A DNA stretch of 52,598 bases, filler included, from Streblomastix strix (taxonomy: Eukaryota), in assembly GCA_008636045.1 (NCBI GenBank). It is 2 parts of 2 records of this genome, joined end to end, with 100 filler letters (N's around TTAATTAATTAA, not from the genome) between each part and the next. Parts side by side here need not be neighbours in the genome. Positions count along the whole stretch, not along the records: positions 26,353 to 52,598 come from SNRW01000172.1; 1 more part is not named here. One strand, given 5' to 3'. Positions 38,764 through 51,740 of the stretch are shown piece by piece. The translations under genes were made by a program, and so were the position numbers. Numbering within the stretch: position 1 is the stretch's first letter; every line of letters begins with the position of its first letter. The notes beneath the pieces were generated by a model. It was given only the letters and a program-made list of their open reading frames with translations. It was not told where the DNA came from and ran no database searches.

Positions 38764-39237
38764 GATCAAAATAAAAATGAAAATAAACAATTTTTCAATG
38801 AAAATTAATATTTAAAGTGTTAGATATATATGTGAAATGTTTAAAATTAGAAAAAAACTATTGGTGATTTATGAAAAATATAGCAAATAATATTCTATCC
38901 CAAATATAAAAAGAAAAAAATTTGAAATTGTATAACAAATAAAGCTCTAGTTCAACAAAATTAGAATAAAATAAATTATTGAATTTTTTAAATAAAAAAA
39001 GATCAGTACAAAAGTGAATAGAAACAATATTTCAATGAAAATTAATATTTAAAGTGTTAGATATATATGTGAAATGTTTAAAATTAGAAAAAACTATTGG
39101 TGATTTATGAAAAATATAGCAAATAATATTCTATCCCAAATATAAAAAGAAAAAAATTTGAAATTGTATAACAAACAAAGCCCTAGTTCAACAAAATTAG
39201 AATAAAATAAATTATTGATTTTTGAAAATACAAATAA
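38764..39237. repeat. Tandem duplication, 237 bp x2
   Basis: ttcaatgaaaattaatatttaaagtgttagatatatatgtg... at 38794 and 39031; few substitutions. Confidence 0.9.
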
Positions 39238-39577
39238 AAATAAATTATACAAATATATTGCAAAATAATTAAAAAAGTGTATGAAGAAAGTGAAAATAAA
39301 AGAATAAAAACTAACATTAGGACTTAAAACAAAAAGAAAAATTTCAAATGACACTTAATTGTACAAGAATTCAAACAATAAAATAGTGAAAATAAAATAA
39401 TTGATAAAATTATACACTAAATTAAATAAAATAATAATGAATGGTTTTAATGAATATAAATTTAAGAAGTTTTGATTAAATAAATTATGATAAATAAAAT
39501 CCCATAACAATAATTTTCACAGTGCACAATTGAATTCTTTAAACTAATATTAAAGTCCAATTGTTATAAATATATAC

Positions 39578-42500
39578 TCAGTGGGTAGAATGTTATTTAA
39601 GCTTCAATACCTTAATCATTCTGTTGAAAAGAGTTTTGTCCTGTAGTGATGCATTATCAGAATCTAAGAATTTAGTATATGATCGAGGCATTTTGAGCTC
39701 TTAAGGTACATTTGTAACCATTCTCTCAAGCTCAGATTCGGGTGCTTTACCAATTAGAAGTGTAACAAGCTCCCTATCAATCTTCTATACGTGATCTACC
39801 AACCATGATGCATACAGTCTTATAAGTGACTATGCATGTGTTGAGGGAATAAGTGTATATCCATCTTTTGTTCTAGATGAATAAGCTAGACTTAACATCG
39901 CAGATTAAATCTTGCGTATTATGGTTGCATGTTGGTTTTCATGTGCTTTCCTGTGTGATTGAGCTATCTTATAATTTTGGATAAGTTTTTCTTCATCATT
40001 TAATACAGAAAATGTAGTTCTTACAACAATAGATGCAATTGCAAGTTGTTTCTTTACCAAATCTTTCAACTATGATTTGTTCATAAAAGCAGACATATCA
40101 ACATCCTTTTATACATTACCTTCTCCATCTTAATTACCCAAATGTTATCCATCAATTCCTTAGTTCTAATGTGTTCTCTCCATATGAATTGAATTATAAT
40201 GATGAAGAATAGTTTATGTATCAATTGAATCCATCCATTCTTCTGAATTCATTAATGTAGCCATCTATTCATTCACATTCATGGATGTATCAATACTTCC
40301 ACATAAACCAGCTAAATAGAGTAGAACTCTTTCATGTTATTTGTCTATTCGAATACTATCACATGCATAAGCATCCTTCCAACCTGCTGGTCCTGTTATA
40401 ATTAATAATACATTAAAAAAAGAATAATAATAATAATAATAATAAATAATAATAAATAATAATAATAAATAATAATAATAAATAATAATAAATAATAATA
40501 ATAAATAATAATAATAAATAATAATAAATAATAATAATAAATAATAATAATAAATAATAATAAATAATAATAATAAATAATAATAATAATAGAATAATAA
40601 TAGAATAATATGTTCAAACCCATTCCAGTTCTTTCATTAGAATCATTCTCTGGATCTAACTCCTTCATTTTAGATGAAGATTCAGCTACATTGAACAGAA
40701 GAGTTCTTGTTGTTATAAGAAGTCCAAATCCAATTAAAGTAGATAGTATTGCTACAATAAACATTATTATCAGTGTTGTTTATAACATAGACATTTATTA
40801 TGTTTGTTCATCAACCATCGCAATTCTGTATGCTGCACATCCACCCTGTGAAATAATATATATAAATATAAATATAAATGAATAATATGAAATATTTGAT
40901 TTATTTATTAGTTCAGAAAGAAATTCTTAATCATACTTTTAAATCGTAGATGAGAAGAGATCCCATAGTTTATATTTATCTTGTTGAAATAGAAACTTCT
41001 GTATATGGATCTTCTTTTGATATCAACTCATAACAACTTTACGTAAATAAACCAAATAGAGCTTCAAATCCATGAAAACTTTTAGTTGTTCCATAAATAC
41101 GATTAGGAATATCGCAATCACTAACGAATAATATAAATATAAACAATATAGAAATATATGAATAATAATAATAAAAGTAATAATAAAATCTAATTAAAAT
41201 TGAAATATTGATTAAATGATCTTCAAATCAAACCCATCTCTAGCTTCAAAGCATTCACGATCACCATATTAGACAAGTTATGTTTCAGAATTACTCTTAA
41301 TTGTTCGTATTGATGTTATTCCATCAATAAGACTATCTCCTGTTACATCTTTAGCTTCATTTGATGATGTTCCATACAGAAGACGAATATTTATTTGTTA
41401 TAAGAATTGAAGAGTTTTTGATAAGAGTTCTTGTAATAATTTCTGATTGTCAGTAAAATGGCTCAGATCTGTCAAATAATACAATAATAAATAAAAATAA
41501 AAATATATTTGTCTATATTAATATATATAAATATATGCAAACCATTCCACATTGGATTTGTTGATAATGTGCAGACAAAATTGGTTGGAACAAAAATAAA
41601 TCCTGTATTTGCTAAGTTTATAGCACACAACATACATGAACCTAATAAAGACGTTCGATATCTAGTTATTATTAAGTTATTATTATAAATCAAAATAATA
41701 ATGATTAATAATAACAAAAATAAGGTATTCAAACCCAGTTATAAAAATCGCAGTGTTCAGTTAGACCGCAGCAAGTGATGCATATACGGAAATTATGGTG
41801 AATGCAAGTGGTAGGGTCATAATTAAAACGAAACCTATTACCGCGCGTACGAAGAACTGCATTGGGATGAAGGAGCTGGTGTATTTATATATAATGAGTA
41901 ATAATTTATATGAAATATAAATATATATAAAATTATTAATCATACGAAATATTTTTAATCTTTTTCATAAGTAGTTCTTCTTTCTCAACCGAATCATTTT
42001 CTTCGCCTTCTTCTCTTTCATCATTTTAATCATTTTAACTTTTTCCTTTCTTTTTATTATTACTATTTAATTATGATTATTATTGCTATTATATTTATTA
42101 TTATTACATCATCTAAAATTAGATCATTTGCATCTGAAGTTATTACATCGAATTTTGATTATTAGTAAATGAACCAGATCCCATCAAATTACTTCCAATT
42201 CCCATCATATTATTCATTCCCATTCCTATTTATGGACTTTGATTAATATTTTCTTCGATATTTACAACTTTATCTTCTTATTCATCTAATCCTTCATTTT
42301 CATCATTACTCTGATCTTCATCAAAATTATCTTCAATGAATGCATTTTATTAATCATTATTCTATAAATTATCTTTCTTCTTCAAATGATCTTTAGTCTA
42401 ATCATCATTAATACCTTCTTTTGATTTATCATGATCAAAATGATGAGTATCTGTTTCTGTATGAAGAGATTATGTTTCTGCTTCATCATCTTTCTCAACA

Positions 42501-45500
42501 TCATCCAATCTCTTCTTCAAATTAAGATATTCAGATTTGGGCGCTTTGGCCAATGCGAAGAAGACTGTATATCTTTCACGTTTCAACTTTCTGATTGTAT
42601 ATACGAATTAAATAATGTTAACTATAAGAGGAACTACAAGAGCTACAACACCAAGCACAATGGATATAATTACTGACACAATGGCTTTCTTTTATGCACT
42701 GTTACAATACTCGATTCCAATTTATTTGGATACCTCAATAACTGTAACGGGTATATTGGCTCTATATAGTTATATCAAATATGTAATAATTATATTTAAT
42801 ATATGAATTTTATTATTTAATAAATATTTATTATAATATACCTCATATAGAAGAGTAAGTTCTTGAATCTATCCAGATTAGAATCCCAATATGAACTGGA
42901 AATGTCGTCCGCTATGTTAGCTATTGTTGTCAAAATATCAATCTGAATAAATTGTAATATTAATAATAAATATTTCAATCATTTTATTAATAATAATAAA
43001 ATAATTATTATATACCATATTTCCTTTCTATTGCCAATCGATATCAATTATACTTACTCCAGTTGAATCAGGTATATAATTCCCCAGTGTTTAATTGATA
43101 AATTCTTATTCCCAATTAGCAAATATACTAGAATCAACTGTTAGCATATAGGCATCTTATAATGTTTATCCCATTTTAACTGCAGTTGTCTGAGTGATAT
43201 TCTTAATTTGATCCATTGATGGAATAAATGTAACTTCACTAAGGTCTAATTTACCTGCTGTACTGTCCTCACGAAGGCCGAAGTATTTACAGAACATAAA
43301 TACATCATATGCTTGTACCATGATCTGAGTGCAGTCATTAATTGCTTCAACAGTTTACTGGCTTTATGAGAAGGTGTTAATTGCAAAGATGAATGAAATC
43401 AGTAGGCAAACAGTTATTATGGCCATGCAAAGAATAATTAATTCAAGAAATCCAGGAATAAGATTAGATTTATCCTCTGAAAGATCAATTGTTAATGAAG
43501 ATTTATTTGAATTCTTCTTTTTCTTCTTCTTCTTTTAATGTGTTGATTAACTAACTGATTTTCCATCATCTCTTTTGGATTACATTGATTATACACCTTT
43601 AGATCGTTAGCTCATACGTTCACTTCTATTATCATTATCATTATCATTCCCAATTACTGACATATCTGATTCAATTGAATTTGCTTCATTGAACATTTGA
43701 AGAGCAGTTTCATCATCTCTGTATATATCTCGGAGAAGAGCACCAAATCCTCGAAGTATAGAAATACTATTTGGATGCTACTTCATCAGCTCTTCAAATA
43801 TCTCTCTGGATAAACGTTCATGAAGAATTGCTTTATCCAAAAGACTCATTGTTCTATCTAAATCAATATTCTCCTTTGACAGATACATATATGCTTGGTT
43901 TAAGAATGCTTTACTAAGTTCATGTTCTTTTGTTGCTTTTTAGAATCGAATTCTGAATGTGACACCAAGTTGATTTGATCCACTGCCTTATGTGTGTTTG
44001 TTTTCCATATCATGCATCTATATATAAAATATATAATAAGAAAGAGAAATGAATTATTTAACAACAATTGAAAATATAATATTAATATATTAGTATAAAT
44101 AAATATAATATTCAACATACCATAGCAAATACCATCCATCTTTCCAGTATATTAGGAAGATTCTATTTAACATTCCTCAGAGCATCGCTCAATCTGATGT
44201 TATTCTTTGAGAATGAAGAATGATATATTGCAATTGTTGACCACATGCTTGATTCACTTCCAAACTTCTTCTGACCTGTGCTCGTTAATTATTCAGCTAA
44301 AACAATACATTCATGTTTCTTTCGAAGTTTGGGTTTATTCAGGAATTTAATCGCATTTTAGATTTAGAAGACTGTTTTGTATCTTGGAAGTTCTACTGCT
44401 TTCTTAAGATGGGTAACTTATGCCTAATTTTTATCTTATCCAAATGCAAAGAAATGAAGTTAGTCAGGAATTGCTTATTGATATAATAAAGGTTAAGTTT
44501 CAGGTGTAAATTTATTAGATACTGGAATATTGAGACTTTATGATGCATTTGTATTTGGAGTTGGTTCATTGACATTAACAGAACGATTTTGTATGACATG
44601 AGGATTCTTATTTACAGATGAAGCAATTTATGGAGTTTACGATTAAGTAGGATACGCTTATTATTATTGTGTATTAGAAAGAATAATTAATGGATTCTTC
44701 TTCGATTTGATTTCAGGTACTTCTTCATCTTCACGCATTGCCCAAAGACTTCGAGCTCTCTTATATGTTAGAACACTAATAATAAGAGGTATTACAATCA
44801 CTAATATGATGAATAATATCCATATGAATACAGATACCCATGTTTATGTTGTATCTAAGAATGAACACAAAAGACCTACAATGAATGTAATTCCCATAAT
44901 ACTCATAGCAGATGCCCATATTGTATTACCCCATGGGGAGAAGTAAGGTTGTAGACCAATAGGATATATTGTGAGTAAGAAGCTAATAACTATTCCTATA
45001 CCAGCAATTGCAGCTTGTTGACTGCGAAGAATAATTCCAACAATTGGAAGAAGTGTAGTTAAGACTTGAACAATACATGGATATACTCCAGTTTATAGAG
45101 TGAATGGACCACCTTTCTTAGCTTCTAGTTAGTATATGAATAATCTAATCATGAATGTGAAACAAAAGTAGAAGACAAAGAGAAGCATTCCAAAGATCAA
45201 TATTATCAAATCCTCCGATCCTTCACATTTTATTCCAATAGTAAATGACGATGTTCCTGCTTTTCCAATACAATTGAAACTACCAAAGAACACATTAACA
45301 GCTGGAAGATAGAATATCCCTGTAAGAAGAGATACGATTATATTTAATACATTTCCTATAATCGGAATTTGCATTGTTCCTTTCTTGTTGATCAGAACAC
45401 AAATTATGATTACTACAATAACTCCTACTGCAAATGCACCAAATAGAATTGTCATCACAAGCATGAATGTTATATTATTCCAGGATATTGAGAATGTGAG

Positions 45501-45942
45501 CCATCTATAATTGTATAAATAAACTTAAAGGATTTGACAACTAAGAAAATTTTGCATACCTGAAAACATCCTCAAAAATCTGGTAGAATTAGCCACTCAT
45601 TGGCCAATCGTTTCGTTGGAAAGTGACAGTAATACATTGAAGAACAGTTATTATCAACTCTAAAAGTTGAAAAATTGGGCCTAAGCGTTGTTCCTAAAAC
45701 AGCATAAAAATATTTAAATTCATGTAATATTAAACAATATTATTACCTTATAGAACGTCAGCAAAAATGTAAAAAGTCTGGTTCAAAAATAAGATATAAA
45801 ATAAATATTTTTATAAAAATATAACTACATACATTTCATCAAATTGGTTGAATTTTGCAACAGCAATTACATTTCCTTGCGAAGATTCTGAGCTGACACT
45901 CCGCGAAACGCTTTTGTTCTCCTCACTGATATCAGAACTCAT
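39578..45942 (-). CDS. Large multi-pass membrane protein, TmcB/TmcC-like (N-terminal TM bundle, TPR-like region, further TM pairs with loops) with C-terminal hemerythrin-like domain; roughly a dozen introns
   Basis: ATG 45942 (MSSDISEENKSVSRS). TM helices and LQPYFSPWGN at ~45500-44760; ELMKQHPNSISILRGFGALLRDIYRDDETALQMFNEANSIE at ~43795-43675; last exon (after intron 40393-40619) WKDAYACDSIRIDKQH...VLNDEEKLIQNY...HRKAHENQH...WLVDHVQKID; TGA 39580-39578. Confidence 0.85.
40423..40610. repeat. Compound (AAT)nAAAT minisatellite filling intron 40393-40619
   Basis: aataataaat/aataataataaat units repeated across ~190 bp. Confidence 0.9.
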
Positions 45943-46337
45943 ATATGCTCTGTAACAAAATTAATGATTAAAATTGAAATAAATTAATTAACTTCAAGTA
46001 AATTGAAATATTAAGTGAAAAATCAACGAGGAATCGTAAAATGAAAACAATGGTATAATTTGCGTTAACCATATGATATTGGAAGTTGATTTTTATAAAA
46101 TTGAGTATATAGTACGATTTAGCAGTAGGATAAATAAGATATTTGATAAAACACACTGCCGGTCGTGCTTGGATGTTCGAATCCTATAACATAAATTCAA
46201 AATTTTTATTTTATTGAAAAATGAATTGAAAGGTGATAAAAATATGTTGATAAATATGTTGTATAATATTAGTAACTAAAGAAAGTTTTGAAAATATTTG
46301 ATTGATAGCAATCCACATCAAATATAAATTTTCCTCA

Positions 46338-49237
46338 TCAAAATTCACCATTAGCAGTGTCTTCTTCATATTCCTCATCCTCTTCGTCTTCTTCCTTCTT
46401 TCGTTTATGTTTCAATTATTAGATTTATTGAAGTTGTAACAATTATTATTGCGATTATGTCTGAAGCTATTATTGTGATTATTATATAGGTTATTATTAA
46501 AGTTATAAATGAAGTTATTATTGTGTTTATTATTTGGGTTATTATTTTGGCAATTATTATTTAGACTGCAATAATATTTATTGTTAAGATTATTATTAAG
46601 TTTATTTTTATTGCTATTATTATATTTATGATTGTGTTTAAGTTTGCTATTATTTTTATAACAGTTCCAGGGCTTATTAATGCAGTGCAAATTTCAACTA
46701 AATTTAATAATAGAAATTCTTCTATTCTTCAGATAATGGTTAAGACTGAGCAATTTATTCTAATTATTATTTCAATCCCAAAAGAAACTGTATTTATTAT
46801 GGGTTGAGTAAATCAGATTATTATTCTTATTATTATTAATTTTGATCTTTATTAGGATCAGGAGTAGATATAGATATTATAGATTGGAATTATTTCTATA
46901 TTTAGTTATCTTCTATTTATTCTTTTTATTTGTCTACAAATTCTTTTGCATTCTTTTCCAATAATAATTAATCTTAAATTTATTATGCAGTTTATGAAGC
47001 CAACTATTTCTCTACTTATTTCAGCTTAAATTCCTCATTCAACTTCAATCTCAATGATTCCTACAATTTCTATTATTACATTTATTCATCTCCAGAAATA
47101 TTAGGAGAAAGAGGTTATGCTATGTTGAGTAACTGATCAAAAGTAGGTGAGATAGAAGGAGATAATGCACGAGATGATATTCTGGATATTGATCTTTTTG
47201 GAATCTGTGGTTATGATTATACAGATGGAGAAAGTGCTTTAGTTGGTATTTGTATTATCATATTGGCTTATGATACAGTAATATACATTGATTATGTCCC
47301 ATATTTACTCTAATCACTGCTCTTCAACATCAAACTACTAGTAAACATAACATCATCTTATTAACCCAATTAATCATCCATTTTATCAGAATAATAATCA
47401 TTATCTAATTCATCTTCTTCATATTCTTTCTCAGATGATCCAATATCATCATCAATTATTATCTATTCTTCTGATAGATCAAATTCGTCTGATTCAAACT
47501 CAAAGTCCAAATTAATTGTATCTCCACTTCTTCCTTATTTCATCAATATTTCATCTTTTTCATATTTTTCCACAAAATTATTACATTTTTCTCTCATTTC
47601 TTCAACTTATATTTCTATTTATGGATTGTCCTATTTAATCTGATCTAATTCTTAGTTGATTCGCTCTCTTTCCTGTTTCATATTACTTATTTATATTTTA
47701 AGATCCTATAATATCTGTTACAATTAGTTAATATCCTGTTATTCTTATTCTTCTTCTATTTATTTCTCTTCCTTTATTTCTTCTCTTCTCAATTTAATTA
47801 ATCTTCTTCTTTCTTATCTAATCTTCTTCTTCAATCTCTTATCCTTCTTCTTCTTATATTTATTCTTCCTCTATTAAATTACTTATTCTTTTTCTTATTA
47901 TAATTATCTATCTGTTAATCCATCTTCCAGATTATTCCCCATATATTCTTTATAGTCTTGAATCCTCTGAATGCATGTTTGAGTATCTAATCTTATGTTA
48001 AAGGGGTTTGGGTTGCAGTTTATCTGAATGTTGTTCAAGTGTTTCTATTCTTATATCAACTTCCTTCTACATCTTCATTTATTATTTCTTCTCTTCAATC
48101 GACTACTTATACACTTTCTTATTCTCATTATCTTCTTACTTCAACTAATCTCTCAGCTTCTTTACTTAATATTTAGCTTCATTTAATTCCCTTATTTCTT
48201 ATTCTCTTTATAATTACTCTTATTTCTCTCTTTCAATCTTCTCTTTCTATATTCTTTCTTATTCTTATTATCTTTCTAATTCTCTTATTATCAATTCTTT
48301 CCTTTATTTCTATTCTTATCTCTTCTTCTACTTCTCATTCTCTATTTCAATGTCCTTCTGATGAAGTTATTCGAGTTATTCGAGTTAATCTAATTCTTTC
48401 TTTAGTTCTTCTTCATATTGATTTATATTCTCCTTCCTCTGATTAAGAATAAACTCTTTTATTTCTTTACTGAATTCTTTATCTTATTATTGTAATTATG
48501 GTTATTGTATTGGTTGATAGAGTTTAATAATACGATGATCAAGAATCTGTTTAATAAGTGGACGTTTAACTGGATTCTGATATGAAATAAGAATAAATTA
48601 ATAAATAATATATTTGTAATTGTTAATGATTAGTTAGCATACAAATTGCATCATCCAACCTAAAATATTCTTCAAATCGAATGTTGCATAATATGGAAAT
48701 GGAGTATAATTCCCTGATTCAATATTTTCTATTATTTTCTCTTCACTTGATTTCTTTTCTTTCTTCTTTTTATCTTTTTAATTATTTCCATTCTATTATT
48801 ATTCATTCTCTTTATCTAAATAAGCTTATTTCCATTCATTTACAATCTATTCAGAATCTTGGTTGTATTCATCTTCATCCTCATCTTTTAAGTTTTCAAA
48901 AAATAAGTTGATAGTTACCTCTGTCTTGTGTAACTGATATTAACTAAACTGCATATGGAGAAGTAAGCTTTTTTATTTCGTCTTTAATTTCATCAGCATT
49001 TTTCTTATTTTCTCCAAATGTATTCAGCATTCTTATGAAATATTGTTCCTTTTAGTTCTGAGGCTTAACAAGAGCATATATTCTCGATGCTTTTACACTT
49101 ATATACTTTACAAAAATATATGCAAATAAGATAAATGAAAAATATAATTTTCTAGTAAAAAAGGTAGGCATATTCATACAGTCTTCTGTATCAGGAGTTT
49201 TTAGCTATTAAACTTTTGAGCTGTAATTGTTCGTCAT
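46338..49237 (-). CDS. Protein with a vestigial NEK-like kinase (N-lobe and subdomains X-XI only) followed by a long E/Q/R coiled coil and poly-Q tail
   Basis: SRIYALVK...QYFIRML...DEIKKLTSPYAVQLISVTQDRGNYQLIFE, then a charged linker, then IIENIESGNYTPFPYYATFDLKNILGWMMQF/NPVKRPLIKQILDHRII; TGA 46340-46338. Confidence 0.75.
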
Positions 49238-49464
49238 TCAGTTCTACAAATAAAAAACAATTTTATAATTGAAATAACGAGAAAAAAACAATTTTTATCG
49301 CTTTCTCAGAAAAAATCATGTTATGTTAGTTTAAATTTAAAATAATATATATTATGCAATTATAAATAATATATTTTTAATTTTTATATTAGTATGAAGT
49401 ACTGTAATATCGATATTTCCCAAACTAAAAATTCAACCATCCACAACAAATTATCATTATACAA

Positions 49465-50955
49465 ATGGAAATTATTCTGGATAAAATTGACATTGAGAAG
49501 ATAAATAGTATATTTGCATTAGATTAACACTAAAAAGCTGAGAAAATCGATAAGATTAAAACTCTTTGCTATCTTACGTCCTAAACCACTGAAACATAAA
49601 TAGATATTTTAATGCTAAATTTTAATGAATATACATGCAAATTTATTTATAAAGATCTTGCTAACAAAGATGATTCAGAAATTTAGCACGAACTATATAA
49701 TTTCGTTGAAGTTTTGTTTTTCCGTGCTGCGCAGAATACAAAGCATAAAAGAACAATCAATTTTTTTGATGCTTTCCGCAAAGAAGGATTATTTAAATTG
49801 ATAGAACAACAACTTCAGACTACAAATATGATAAAAAAGCAGGTTGATAATTCGCCTTTTTCTGGATTTGCTTTGCAGTTTGTGTGCATATTTGTTTATA
49901 TGAAGAAAGGATTGAAGGCAAATAAGTATCTCTTGAATATATGCACATAAATAATTGGATAAAATTTTTCTTCTTTTCATTCCAAAGTTAAAAAAGCGAG
50001 TGAAGAAAAAGATATGACAGATTTTGATTTAGAGAAGCTAATGCAGAAGGGTTTAAAGATATTATAGATTATGTTATATATTAATTAGAAAAATATGAAA
50101 TTTATAAATGGGAAAACAGAATTCTGGGCATAAATCACCCTCCCAATCCACCTAAACTGTCATTAATCTGATTGTAATCTGCATATTAACACACCATAAA
50201 CACCAACTGTGATTAAACTTCAAACAGCTTCCATCCTAGTTTTGAATAATCTATCAGATAATTATGAGCTTAAATTGTTCATTTATTCCAATTAAAGTAT
50301 CCTTAATCATATTTAACAAATTATTATTGATGCTTCAAAGGATACAAATCTTTTGATAATTCATTTTAATCTCATTTAAACTACTTTTATATTCCTTAAT
50401 AATATTGTGGCTTATTAAACATCTAATTAATATAATGCAAATTCAAACTCGGACCTTCTTCCTTCTCTTTTAACTTTTATCAGGATTAAAATAAATCTGG
50501 TATTGAACAAAATCTTGAAACAAAATTTAGAGAAAATTTAATTAATGAGTGTATAATATATATCTAATATTCATTTATTTCACTAAATATCAATTTGTGA
50601 TGAACTGATAAATAAATTTAATTTCATAAATGTATTAATATAAGCTTTTGGAGTTGCAGGAAGGTGTAACGATATGAACATACCGATTAATTAGAGTTGT
50701 ATAAAGTTTATAAGCACCGTTTTCGTGAAATTTCATTAGAAAACATAAACAGATATTGAATCCCAACAGTAATTAGCTTTAAAGAAAATATTTGAAGAGA
50801 AATTTGAAGAAGAAGAAGTTTCTGATGAGATTGAAGCACAAATATTCTCCCATTAAAATTATCCAAGCATCTTCTTATACGATTGTGCAGAAACTAAGAA
50901 ATGGTAATTGAATGTATTAAAAGACAAATCAAATCGAAAACCTTGGGAATAATGA
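49465..50955 (+). CDS. Hypothetical alpha-helical (ARM/HEAT-like) protein; start uncertain (frame open from ~49381)
   Basis: ~1.5 kb TGA-free frame ending IQAFGVAGRCND...KKIFEEKFEEEEVSDEIEAQIFSHQ...KSNRKPWEQ-TGA(50953-50955). Fold assignment is inference from amphipathic patterning. Confidence 0.7.
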
Positions 50956-51059
50956 TTGTAATTAATGTATAATATTACATTTCATTTGAGCGATAATCAA
51001 TAAATTCAAATTATTTTATTTTTTATTGGGAAATAGTAAATAAATATTAAAAAAATAAT

Positions 51060-51740
51060 ATGAAATTATATTCTTCATCGTCTTTTTATATAAAATCACA
51101 AATTTGTTCTTTTCTTTCCTTTTCCTACAGATGTTTCGTTTTATTTAATCTACTATTTATATTCATCTTCTAATTATCCTTCATTTTCATTTTAAATGTC
51201 TTTTCTTTTTCTCTTCAACTTTTCAATTAAAATCAAATCATCTTTTCCATTTTGATCTTAATTTGATTGAGTTCTGTCTTTATCATTAATCAATTTCTCT
51301 ACTATTTCCAATTCTGCTTTGATTTCATCAATATTCTTCCATATGTTATTCTGCATATCAACATCTTCAATCGAAGAAGTTGTATCATTTACATTAATAG
51401 CTCCATCAAGGTTAATATCAAATTTCAAATTATACGAAAAGAAAATCAAAAATTAAATAATTATATTCTAATATTTTTAATTTGTTATTATAATATTTCA
51501 CACATTTAATTTAAGAAAATGTTTTAATCTTTGTTTATTTCTCACAAATTTCTTAATATTTTCAGATTGAAGGAAATTTTAAAGCGAAAGTGAAATAATA
51601 TTTCTGGTTGATGAATCAATTAATGATGAAGGTTTAATTTGTTCTGAAAGAGAAAAAAGATCAAAAATATGAATGATGAAGTCATTTTCAGTAATTTATT
51701 ATTATTAGATATGTACGTTTGATTCAGACATTGAATCAGA
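51060..51740 (-). pseudogene. Possible short or decayed gene fragment
   Basis: Coding-like NLKFDINLDGAINVNDTTSSIEDVDMQNNIWKNIDEIKAELEIVEKLINDKD; no convincing complete gene model. Confidence 0.3.
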
